IMG/VR virus record: IMGVR_UViG_3300044996_000496
Location: 23,579 to 87,578 of that record
Strand: one strand, 5' to 3'
DNA length: 64,000 nt
From: a virus
The translations under genes and the position numbers were made by a program. The notes beneath the pieces were generated by a model. That model was not told the DNA's origin and did not search any database. It saw nothing but the letters and a program-made list of their open reading frames with translations. Positions 46,455-56,259 of this stretch are shown piece after piece; positions within the stretch are counted from its first letter, which is position 1, and every line of letters starts with the position of its first letter.

Positions 46455-49400
46455 GTGCCTCGCAAGCGTCAAATAGACGAAATTAAAAGAATAATCACAG
46501 AAAATAATACTAGGCTTGGTAATATTGTGCCAGGAAAGCAAAGATGGACTTCAAAAGAGCCATCTAATATGGATACGGGTTATCAAGTAGACCAAAATCA
46601 AGGGGCCAATTTTTCGTGGTCTGTCTTGTATATTGATGAAAATATCGTAAGATGTTCAAGCTATTACCCAATTCCAATAGGTAGCAATGGAACGTGTATA
46701 GGCAGTGGTTCGCAGGATCCAACGGCTAGCGGATGTTACGAGGCATGTTGGCAAAAAGATGGACTTTGTATATTTGGCAATAGACCATCTATGTGGGGTA
46801 ATCCCACTCTTGGAGAACTAATAGCATCTGGATTTTCTCCAAATGATATGTATTTATTTGATGAGCTTGATATTTTAAGAAGTAGCGATATTAAATATAA
46901 AGTAATAACGTCAACAAATGGCGATTTTATAGATTCGCATATTCCACAAAATAGAAATGTTAGATATTCAACAGATATAAGAAGATCAGAGAATGGCACA
47001 GTAAAATTTGGAATAAAAACTTATGGAGAATCGGCGTGGAGAGTAGAGGTTAATGGTTTAATTGTGGCCAACAGTACGTCAAGGGTTGGAGAGGACTCTG
47101 AGGTTGAGTTTTTTGTTGGATCTGGATCTTGGTACTCTGTTGATATTTATTATGTAGCAAAACACTATTATGAGGCATCTAATAGAATTGAGATATATGG
47201 TGACATACTATCTCAAATTGATCACTTTAGATTTCCAGCTGATTTAAGCGCTCCATATGATCTTGCGGCAACGCAAGGGACAATGGACAAAGCCATACAG
47301 CTAAACTGGGATTCTGACTACGTTGGGCCTAATGCATATACCGCAATTTTTGTTTCTGGAAGCGTTGATCAGGCTACAAATTTTCCAAATTGGGAATTAA
47401 TTGATCTTGTTCCACTTAGTATTTTTAGCTATATTGATGACAACCTGTATGATGGTGAAATTAGATATTATAGATTAAGACATTTAAATTTAAATGGAGA
47501 TGTTTCCGATTTTTCTGATGTAATTTCTGGATATTCACGCTCTATAGTTTCTGCAAAATTAAAAACTGTATCCGTTGTTGCAAATGATGATAGCACCAGG
47601 AATACGATCTATGGAAGACCAAATGGTACATTTGCTTCAACTGACACAATTACGATAACAATGCAATCCAATGTTCCGCTGTCACAGCAGCCGGATGTGT
47701 GGCTGTATACACAAAATGGAATTGGTGGGCAAATTTCTACATTGGCTACATATGTATCGCAAACTGGAGTTGGGTATATGGAAACAACATATACCCTTGA
47801 TTTATCATATTTGTCAAGCGCGAATGATGGATTAGCTTTTGTAGTTGCGTCTGGTTCAACCTTGGATTCAATGGTAAATTGGAATGTATCTAATGCGAAT
47901 GTTGGTATTTTATTTGACGCACCAAATGGATTGTTAACTATTGACAATCTTGGGCCGACTTCTTCAACTGGTGGAGCACCTGAAATAGAGCTTTTAACCG
48001 GATATTGGCAAGAAGGCTCTGGTCTTCCAATCGCAATTGATAGAAACGTTACTATACAACCAACAAGAAATCAAGTTACTGGTAGACCCAATGTAATAGA
48101 CAATGAAACTATTTCTCCATTTTTCCATGGTGATCTTTATCAGGCTAGGTTTTTGAACTCTGGTACTGGTGGGCCAATTGGTGATTGGTCGGATTGGGAG
48201 CCATATTCGGAAGGTTCGATTAGGGCGTGGATTTTACCAGATAGTGATGAGCCAGAGATTTCTGGTAATCTTGTTTATGTTTATGCTCAATTTAGGGATA
48301 GAGTATACAATACACATGATCCAGTTTATGCAAGTGTTGTTATAGATACCGTTGCTCCTGCGGCTCCAACTGGGCTTGTTGCGTCTGGCGGCTTGAATGT
48401 AGTTGACGTTAACTTTATTAAAAACTCAGAGCCGGACATGTATGCATATTATATTTATGCCAGTGATGATTCTGCTGTGGATGGAGGTGGTGATTTTATA
48501 TCTGTATTAACTGGTTATCCAAAAATTGCTATGCAGCCTGGATCAACCTCATCTCGTGTTCATTTTATCGATTTTGTTCCTGGTAATACAATAAGATATT
48601 ATCAAGTTAGTGCTGTTGATTACTATTACAACGAGAGTGCTCGAAGTGTGGTCGCAAGCGGTAGCACTGCGGATACCGTTCCCCCGGCTACTCCATCTTG
48701 GGCCATAACGGATCCGTTGATAAGTTGGGTTGAAATAGACCTGGACTCTCAGACCCAGGTATCTTATATACAAGCAACATGGATAGCAAACGCTGAAAGC
48801 GATCTTAAGGGCTATAAATTTGAGTATAAACCATCAACTGGTGACGGGTGGAGCCAGCTTGATGTTGACGTAGATGGAACAGTAGCTACTGTTGAAGTAA
48901 CTCCTGGTTTAATTTATTATTGTAGAGTTAAAGCATATGATACATTGGGTAACATAAGCGATCCGAGCAGTGAGTTAAATATATTGGCGTCCGGGGATGT
49001 TACGCCTCCTGGCGAGTGTGTCAATTTAGAGTTATCATCGGCTGTTTCCATAAGCCCAGAGGGATTTTTGACAAGCACTATTTCTGCTCTATGGGACTCT
49101 CCTCCAGATAATGATATCAAGGGTTATTATGCAGAATTGTCTGTTAGTGGCGCAATTAGTACATATGGGTGGAACAGGGTTGTTGTTGATCATGTTAATG
49201 GTGTTACAGCTGATTATGGGTGTACTTTTCAAAACTTGGAGTCTGATACGGTTTATGTAGTCCGAGTTGCCGCCTTTGATCTTGTTGGTAACGTGGGTCC
49301 GTTTATTTCTGGTTATGCTTATGGTGGTAGGGATTACAATCCTCCGGTTAGACCAACTGGATTATCTGCTGATAGTCTGTATAATCAAGCTTGGCTTACC

Positions 49401-52400
49401 TGGGATGATAATTATGAGGTTGATTTATTTAAGTATTATGTGCTTAGATCCGATTCTCTCACCGTTCCATATGTAACTAGTGGATTTTTAATTCAAGCAT
49501 GTGAACAGGGTGATGGAGAAGTTTATATAGACGTTATTAGTGATGCTGCCGTTGTTGCTGGCAGAATGTTGTCCATTTCTCCAGATACAACAAATGAAGA
49601 TAATATTATAGTTAGTGGATATAATTCTACTACTGGTCTTACTGGATTATCTAATTTTGTTAAATATAGTCATAATACAAATATTCCTATAAGAATTTAT
49701 GATATTCGTTCTTCTGTTTATGCTTCTTATTTTATTGATTCTACTACCTCTACTAGATATTATTGTGTTTGTGCAGTTGATAAGAGTAGTAATATAAGCC
49801 GTAAATCTAATGATGATGGTGCATGGGTATCGTGTACCCCAGTTACTATTATTGACACATCTTTGGATATTGGATTTTTGCAATATCAAACAACAATTAA
49901 TATGTTGAAAAATGGTAGTTTTGAAATAGGTTCAGGCACTCTCGATGCTGATAAGAGGGATATATTTTGGAGTGATTATTGTGGAACTCCAACAACAGAG
50001 GATATTAAAACTGATTTTGGTATTGATGCTGCTTTCGGAAGAACTGTCGCAAAATTAGACAATGGAGATGGGTATTATCAGATAGTTCAAATACAGGGCG
50101 ATACTCCATATGTTCTATCTTTTTATGGGTGCTCTTCGGCTGGTTCTGGAACGTCTAAGGCTAGTATGTATCTTTATTATTCTTTAGACGGCTCGTCTTG
50201 GGATTTTAAGGCGGCATATTTAACTGATGCTTTAGTTCATTATGCTGGTGGATTTGATAGATTTATAATATATGATGAGGTTACGAGCGGTGGATACGTA
50301 AGCGCATCATATCATCGTTATGCCAAAATTATAGTTAGTGGTTATAATACAACTGGTGGATCTAGATATGCAATGATTGATGGAATTATGTTTCAAGCAG
50401 GAAACAATGTTACTCAATATATTGATTACTCGGATGAATTTGTATTAGGCACTGAGTGTATTACTGGAGTTGAAATTACATCTGGATCAATTACTGCTCC
50501 AAAAATAGCTGCCGATAGTGTTTTGGCAAAACATATTTTGGCTGGACAAATTGGAACCTATCATCTTACTGCAGCTATGAAGCCAATGTATTTTAATTTT
50601 GGAATTATTCCAAACTGGCTTGGTACAAGAAACACTCTTGGTATAACATGGTCTGGTGGAAAAGTTTTATTACCTTCAGGCGCAGGCGCTCCTGGGAATA
50701 CTGCAGCTACATGTTATATTGAGAATACTGTTCCATCTGGAAATTGGTTATTTAGTTCCCCAACTGGTCTTGGTAGTAAGGTTTATTATCCATATTTAGA
50801 GTATGATGCTGTTACTAGTACAAGTAATGGATTTATTGGAGAACCAATAAATGGTCACACTGCATATATAAGAATAACTGACGTTTTATCAAACACTATT
50901 TCAAATTATGGTGTTAGTCCACAAAAACGTTTACTTGGTTATATAGAAGTTTTTGAGAACGCAAACACTGAAATGACATTTAAAACAGTTTATGCAGGAA
51001 CCACTATAGATGGCAGGGGAATTAGTGCTTTAAGTATTAACGGTGTATCGATATCATCAGACACGTTAACCAGTAGGCACATTCAGGCTTACTCAATTAG
51101 TGGGTATCATCTTAGTGCAGATGTGCTTACAGCTGATAGAATAATAAGTATTATAAACGCTCATGCGACTTATGTTATATCAGGTAATCGTGTTGAAGGG
51201 CTTGGTGACCAAGATCCACCAGACTTTGAAACACCATTTTCATTTACCGCAACTGCACAGTCTGATGGATCTATTAAACTAAGCTGGGTTGCCGCTACCG
51301 ACAGCGACAGCGGTTTAGACGGATATAAAATATGGAGAATAGAAGGGTCTTCTCATGCGTCGGACTGGACGCTTTCTTCTCTTGTTGCCGATGTTAAAGC
51401 AGAATCTGCCGTCAATCCATACGAATACTGGGACGATAGCGCAGAACTTGTCCAAGGACAAGCTTATACGTATTGGGTTAGTGCATACGATAAAAATGGG
51501 AACGAGACAACTCCACCACAACGTATGACGACTCCATCTACTCCCACTGGAGTAACTGTTAACGACACTACTGCTCCAGGAATTGTTACGAAACCCGATG
51601 GAACCGCTGGATTTGAGTATGCTGGTGGTATTGGTAGAATTATTCTTCGATGGAGAATGCCATCCGATAAAGATATTGCATATGTTAAAATAGAACGATA
51701 TCCAGGCACCGGATCTTTTACCGATATTGCTCACGTTACTGGATGTACGTTTACTGATTTTATATCTAATGTTTCTGAGGCCACTGCTGCAACGTATCAA
51801 TATAGACTAACAGTGGTTGACGTTGATGGTAACACAAGCTCATCCTCTGTTACAAAAACAACTTCTGGAATGGTTGGTTACGTTCCCGGTGAAGGCGGGG
51901 GGAATCCGTCTCCTCCAACAAAATATTCTACTAATGGTTATGCTCTTGATGGGGATGGCGGCATAACTTTACAATTTGTTGAGCCTACGGACGCAACTAA
52001 AACAAGTATTGAAAGCTATAGAATAAAAGTAGTAGAAAAAAATCTTGGAACCATTGTAAATTCTGGTTTTTATGATTTTTATTATCCATATAATGGATAT
52101 AGTTACTTATCTTATCATATTACTGGATTAAAACCTAAATTTGGATATCCAAGAAATGAGATAAACGATTATTATTATGATTTTAGTATATATTCCATTG
52201 ATACTCAGGGCAATGTTGGGACAACTCCGTTAAATTATACAAATGTTTATGTTTATGATTATAATGTTCATCAGTATTCAACCGTTAATAACTTTAATGC
52301 AGTTATTAGTGGATTTGGAGTGCAACTATCGTGGTCGCACGATCCGACAAAAGTAATTGGAGCATATATACACAGAAAAAATAACGTAGACTCATCAACG

Positions 52401-54896
52401 TATCCAACATGGACTGATAAAGATGTTGTTATTCGCGTAATCGGAAGCGGATATCATGATAATAATCTAAGAAGATTTGATACATCTGATAGATATTATT
52501 CTTATGCTGCGTTTTCGTTTGACAAGTTTGATAACTATAGAACCGTAGTTAGTGGTAACGTTATCGGCACCAGGGGAACCGGAAACAAAACACATGTTAG
52601 ATTTGATAACCATGTTGGTGCCGATGATGTCGCGGGTTGGGCTAGAAATGATGGCACTCCAGCAAACTTTTCATATATTGAGGGCGGAAAGATTTATACT
52701 GGAACCGTTACTGCCGATAGAATGTCAATTATGTCAAGAAAATATACATCGAATATGGCTTATGATATTATTGTTTTTAATTTTGGATTTCCCGCTGTTC
52801 AATATATTAGATTGCGTTCATTTATTGGTAATGCCTCAAGTGGGTTAACGAACGCATGGATATGGATACACGGAGAGCCTGATCCAATATCGGTTTCTAG
52901 CATACCGTGGAGTACTGGTTTATCGACCGCGTATCCGTTATCGAACTTTTCTTCTGATGGTAATATTGTATATATTTATTACTATATTCCAGGTGTTACC
53001 AATGAAGAAAAATTTGTTTTAAAAACGAAAACGGAGCATGATGCAATTGTTGCTTTAGATATGAACGGTAGTGCATGTGATGATTATTTATTGCTATTAA
53101 TAGCAGATATTTCTAATATTAGTAATATACATTATACTGCACCGTATGGCAATGGAACGGATATTGATGGTGCGTGGCTAAGAACTGGTGAAATTGATGC
53201 GAATAGATTTAAAGCAGATTCTATATCTGTTAATAAATTGCTTATAGGTTCTACTGCGAATTTGTTAAATGAGTATCAGTCAGTATTTGAGAGTTTACCG
53301 TCTGGATGGCAGGGATATCTTACTTGGCCCGGAAAGGATGGTGTAGATAGTTCTATTGGAGATTTTATTGTTAACGAAGATACGGCAACTAGTTCTACTT
53401 CGATTATAGGTAAAAAATCAGCATATATGAAAATTAAAAAAAGTGGTGAAGGAAGTAGAACAATTGCATTTTTAACTAAAAATAATGATCCCAATAGCGC
53501 AACGTATACGCAATGGTACTTTAATGATCCAAATCCTACGTTAGTATCTGATATTTCCATTGAACCCGGAACGGCTGATAAAAGATATGTTTTGTCAGCA
53601 TATATTAAAATTAAAACTCCATTTGCCCCTGGGTCAACAACACCTAATGAGTTACAGGCGTATGTTGGAATTCAGTTTTACAAAGCAAATGGGAGTAAAT
53701 CGACTGGATTTATTACTAGTTATGTAAATTATAGCGCATATCCAAATAAATGGCAACGTACCAGTGTAGTTTGTAATAATATTCCGTATGATGTCACTAG
53801 TGCTAGGATTTATCTTGGGGCCTATGGTGGTGGGCATCTCGTAGTGCAAACTCCCAATGCTGAGGTATTTTTTGACGCTATACAGCTTGAGTATGTAGGC
53901 AGTTCTGGAGAGAAGAGTGAACCTGGGCCTTTTATGCCTCCGTCTGCAACGTATATTGATGGAAGCGGAATTAGAACTGGTAGAGTAGATGCAAATCTTG
54001 TTAGTATTAGAGGGAATACTTTTAATGAAGATTACCCTGTAATTATAGGTAAAGTAAATTCTGGTGAGGATACTGGTCTTGATAAATCTGGACTTATTTT
54101 AATAGGAAAGTGGGACTCTGCTCAAACTCCTGGCAGTGTTTCAGTCCCACCGTCTGGCGGAATGCTTGTTGCCCATGGCGATAGTGCAACGCTAGTTAGT
54201 AATCAAGGATTTTTTAGAATAGATGATACCGGAGTTATTAGGCATTATAAAACGTATACCGCTAGGCATGAATGTGGAATATTGGATGCATATGGAACAG
54301 GAACTGGAACATCATATTTTGGTTCTTTGTTAAGCTATATAAGTGATGTATCTATATTTCAAACTTATTGGGTTCCAAGCGGAGGCGCAAAAACAACCTG
54401 GGGATCATCTATTGGAGATGGCGACCATAATCTTTATGCTCCCAAGTATGTAGTTGATTTTCTTGAATCGTTAAGTAATTCAGATAGAGTTAAATACATT
54501 AGGGTATCAGCTGGTGATATCAATATAATGCCAGCTGGTTCATCGTCTAATCAAGTTTCTGATACATTAGGTAAAATGGCAATTTGTAGTGGCGGGCCTG
54601 GAGCCGGATATGGATACTTTGTTCATAATAGTCGATATATTAGTTATTCTAATTTAAGAACAGTTTGCGGGTTGAGCTTGAGCAGCTATCTAGGCTCTAG
54701 TAATTTTTTGAGGGTTGACGACACTCATTTTAGAGTAAAAGTAGATGCTTATGTTATGTATTATGACATTAGGGCTGCTGGAACTACTCCAGGGAACTGG
54801 GACGTTGTAACTCCTGGGTATGGTCTTCTCCGTCCGGCGTATGGGTCTCCTGCTCGCGGAGGAATCTTGTCTACCATTGTTAGTATAAATGTTTAG
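46455..54896 (+). CDS. Giant tail fibre / host-specificity protein with FN3 repeats, CBM-like domains and beta-helix spacers
   Basis: Repeated D..PP..PT.L...W...Y.V.A.D..GN FN3 units; NMLKNGSFE and NLL...FE CBM4/9-like starts; GSITAPKI, GTVTADRM, GEIDANRF, GRVDANLV spacers. Confidence 0.82.
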   Translation: MPRKRQIDEIKRIITENNTRLGNIVPGKQRWTSKEPSNMDTGYQVDQNQGANFSWSVLYIDENIVRCSSYYPIPIGSNGTCIGSGSQDPTASGCYEACWQKDGLCIFGNRPSMWGNPTLGELIASGFSPNDMYLFDELDILRSSDIKYKVITSTNGDFIDSHIPQNRNVRYSTDIRRSENGTVKFGIKTYGESAWRVEVNGLIVANSTSRVGEDSEVEFFVGSGSWYSVDIYYVAKHYYEASNRIEIYGDILSQIDHFRFPADLSAPYDLAATQGTMDKAIQLNWDSDYVGPNAYTAIFVSGSVDQATNFPNWELIDLVPLSIFSYIDDNLYDGEIRYYRLRHLNLNGDVSDFSDVISGYSRSIVSAKLKTVSVVANDDSTRNTIYGRPNGTFASTDTITITMQSNVPLSQQPDVWLYTQNGIGGQISTLATYVSQTGVGYMETTYTLDLSYLSSANDGLAFVVASGSTLDSMVNWNVSNANVGILFDAPNGLLTIDNLGPTSSTGGAPEIELLTGYWQEGSGLPIAIDRNVTIQPTRNQVTGRPNVIDNETISPFFHGDLYQARFLNSGTGGPIGDWSDWEPYSEGSIRAWILPDSDEPEISGNLVYVYAQFRDRVYNTHDPVYASVVIDTVAPAAPTGLVASGGLNVVDVNFIKNSEPDMYAYYIYASDDSAVDGGGDFISVLTGYPKIAMQPGSTSSRVHFIDFVPGNTIRYYQVSAVDYYYNESARSVVASGSTADTVPPATPSWAITDPLISWVEIDLDSQTQVSYIQATWIANAESDLKGYKFEYKPSTGDGWSQLDVDVDGTVATVEVTPGLIYYCRVKAYDTLGNISDPSSELNILASGDVTPPGECVNLELSSAVSISPEGFLTSTISALWDSPPDNDIKGYYAELSVSGAISTYGWNRVVVDHVNGVTADYGCTFQNLESDTVYVVRVAAFDLVGNVGPFISGYAYGGRDYNPPVRPTGLSADSLYNQAWLTWDDNYEVDLFKYYVLRSDSLTVPYVTSGFLIQACEQGDGEVYIDVISDAAVVAGRMLSISPDTTNEDNIIVSGYNSTTGLTGLSNFVKYSHNTNIPIRIYDIRSSVYASYFIDSTTSTRYYCVCAVDKSSNISRKSNDDGAWVSCTPVTIIDTSLDIGFLQYQTTINMLKNGSFEIGSGTLDADKRDIFWSDYCGTPTTEDIKTDFGIDAAFGRTVAKLDNGDGYYQIVQIQGDTPYVLSFYGCSSAGSGTSKASMYLYYSLDGSSWDFKAAYLTDALVHYAGGFDRFIIYDEVTSGGYVSASYHRYAKIIVSGYNTTGGSRYAMIDGIMFQAGNNVTQYIDYSDEFVLGTECITGVEITSGSITAPKIAADSVLAKHILAGQIGTYHLTAAMKPMYFNFGIIPNWLGTRNTLGITWSGGKVLLPSGAGAPGNTAATCYIENTVPSGNWLFSSPTGLGSKVYYPYLEYDAVTSTSNGFIGEPINGHTAYIRITDVLSNTISNYGVSPQKRLLGYIEVFENANTEMTFKTVYAGTTIDGRGISALSINGVSISSDTLTSRHIQAYSISGYHLSADVLTADRIISIINAHATYVISGNRVEGLGDQDPPDFETPFSFTATAQSDGSIKLSWVAATDSDSGLDGYKIWRIEGSSHASDWTLSSLVADVKAESAVNPYEYWDDSAELVQGQAYTYWVSAYDKNGNETTPPQRMTTPSTPTGVTVNDTTAPGIVTKPDGTAGFEYAGGIGRIILRWRMPSDKDIAYVKIERYPGTGSFTDIAHVTGCTFTDFISNVSEATAATYQYRLTVVDVDGNTSSSSVTKTTSGMVGYVPGEGGGNPSPPTKYSTNGYALDGDGGITLQFVEPTDATKTSIESYRIKVVEKNLGTIVNSGFYDFYYPYNGYSYLSYHITGLKPKFGYPRNEINDYYYDFSIYSIDTQGNVGTTPLNYTNVYVYDYNVHQYSTVNNFNAVISGFGVQLSWSHDPTKVIGAYIHRKNNVDSSTYPTWTDKDVVIRVIGSGYHDNNLRRFDTSDRYYSYAAFSFDKFDNYRTVVSGNVIGTRGTGNKTHVRFDNHVGADDVAGWARNDGTPANFSYIEGGKIYTGTVTADRMSIMSRKYTSNMAYDIIVFNFGFPAVQYIRLRSFIGNASSGLTNAWIWIHGEPDPISVSSIPWSTGLSTAYPLSNFSSDGNIVYIYYYIPGVTNEEKFVLKTKTEHDAIVALDMNGSACDDYLLLLIADISNISNIHYTAPYGNGTDIDGAWLRTGEIDANRFKADSISVNKLLIGSTANLLNEYQSVFESLPSGWQGYLTWPGKDGVDSSIGDFIVNEDTATSSTSIIGKKSAYMKIKKSGEGSRTIAFLTKNNDPNSATYTQWYFNDPNPTLVSDISIEPGTADKRYVLSAYIKIKTPFAPGSTTPNELQAYVGIQFYKANGSKSTGFITSYVNYSAYPNKWQRTSVVCNNIPYDVTSARIYLGAYGGGHLVVQTPNAEVFFDAIQLEYVGSSGEKSEPGPFMPPSATYIDGSGIRTGRVDANLVSIRGNTFNEDYPVIIGKVNSGEDTGLDKSGLILIGKWDSAQTPGSVSVPPSGGMLVAHGDSATLVSNQGFFRIDDTGVIRHYKTYTARHECGILDAYGTGTGTSYFGSLLSYISDVSIFQTYWVPSGGAKTTWGSSIGDGDHNLYAPKYVVDFLESLSNSDRVKYIRVSAGDINIMPAGSSSNQVSDTLGKMAICSGGPGAGYGYFVHNSRYISYSNLRTVCGLSLSSYLGSSNFLRVDDTHFRVKVDAYVMYYDIRAAGTTPGNWDVVTPGYGLLRPAYGSPARGGILSTIVSINV

Positions 54897-54911
54897 TATG
54901 GGGGTGATTGA

Positions 54912-55193
54912 GTGGCCACATCGCTAGAAATATCTAGAATAAATGAATTTATTGGGCGAATTGTGTATTTAAGTTCCCAAATAGAGGAACTAGAGTCCCT
55001 TGCCTCAACCATAGGTTGTCGATATGATTTTATAGTTTCTGGACTTGATTCTTATATTAGTGCAGAAACGTGGAACAATGTTCTTGGAGAAGATTCTGTT
55101 ATCATATCTGGCGGGGTTGACATTGCAAAGGAGCTTCCAGACTTAATTTCAGGGTGGAGAGCTAGAATGTCTGCGGTTGTAGAGAGTATATAA
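54912..55193 (+). CDS. Small hypothetical (probable virion) protein
   Basis: GGGGGTGA SD with GTG start; three (V/I)SG motifs. Confidence 0.55.
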   Translation: MATSLEISRINEFIGRIVYLSSQIEELESLASTIGCRYDFIVSGLDSYISAETWNNVLGEDSVIISGGVDIAKELPDLISGWRARMSAVVESI

Positions 55194-55195
55194 TT

Positions 55196-55915
55196 ATGAA
55201 ATATTCAATAATAATGTTAATTCATGATAATGTGGTTACAACTCGTAATTCTATTGAAAGAATTCACGAATATGGAGATCATCCAGACTCAGAATTATTC
55301 TTAATTTTTAATGGTGTTGGTGAAAGAATGCGTTCTGTTGTTATGGAAAATATTCCAGAATTTGTTTTTTGTAAAAATGTTAATATAATTGATAATAAAG
55401 AAAATATTGGGGTTATTGCAAGGAATCAGGCAATAGATCAATGTTCTGGTGATTATATAGTTTTTATTGATAATGATGTTTATGTTCAACCGGGATTTTT
55501 GATTAAGTTAGAAAGATTTTTTCAGTATGCTGGAGTTGGGTTTGTTAGTGCCCATGGTTGGAGGGCCAGAGTTATATCCGATGAATTTCAATTGTATAAA
55601 GACGATAAGTTAGAAAAGGGATCGGCAATAGATGTAGGATCCTGCTCTCTTGCGATGTATAGTATAGATAATAGAAATTTGTTAAAATTACCTGTGACAT
55701 TTTTGCAGTACGGAAGTGATGATATTTATATTTCGTTTAGATTATTAGAACATGGTTATAGTGGCATATTATCAACATGGAATAATATAGCTATTCATGT
55801 TGGACAAGCTTATGGTGGCATAAATTGTGGCAAGCTATATGAATCAAATTATTCAATCACAAAACGTGAATTTATGCCAAAAGTAAATTTACTTAAATTT
55901 GGAGGTAAAGAGTAA
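55196..55915 (+). CDS. GT2 glycosyltransferase
   Basis: YSII, ENIGVIARNQ, IVFIDNDV (DxD), YGSDD, IH. Confidence 0.85.
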   Translation: MKYSIIMLIHDNVVTTRNSIERIHEYGDHPDSELFLIFNGVGERMRSVVMENIPEFVFCKNVNIIDNKENIGVIARNQAIDQCSGDYIVFIDNDVYVQPGFLIKLERFFQYAGVGFVSAHGWRARVISDEFQLYKDDKLEKGSAIDVGSCSLAMYSIDNRNLLKLPVTFLQYGSDDIYISFRLLEHGYSGILSTWNNIAIHVGQAYGGINCGKLYESNYSITKREFMPKVNLLKFGGKE

Positions 55916-56259
55916 TGCCAGGAACCGATAGCACTAAACCAACGATAGAGGAATTAATTGACGCATTTGCTAAAGATTGGAAAAATAAAAAATATTCAAT
56001 TAAAAGTTTTAATCAAATCAAAATGATGGTACAAGATATAATAAAGATAGTGGAAACAGTGGATCCTGGTGATGGGCCAGTTAAAAAATCTTATGTAACA
56101 GAAATTGCGTTCGCCCTAATAACGATTATACCAATCAACATTAAGTTTCTTGGAGTGAAGATTCCTTCAATTTTTATTAAAATGGCATTAAAATCTATTA
56201 TTAGTAAGTTAATAGATGAAATAGTGGAACATTATAATGTAACTGGAATTTTTAAATAA
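55915..56259 (+). CDS. Hypothetical helical protein (possibly membrane-associated)
   Basis: G..KK..V, IP...IP..., LIDEIVE.YN pattern; last + strand gene. Confidence 0.5.
   Translation: MPGTDSTKPTIEELIDAFAKDWKNKKYSIKSFNQIKMMVQDIIKIVETVDPGDGPVKKSYVTEIAFALITIIPINIKFLGVKIPSIFIKMALKSIISKLIDEIVEHYNVTGIFK

Noticed and set aside
46455-56259. Diversity-generating retroelement acting on the tail fibre
   Set aside because: No reverse transcriptase in the window, and no near-identical repeat pair differing at adenines was noticed.
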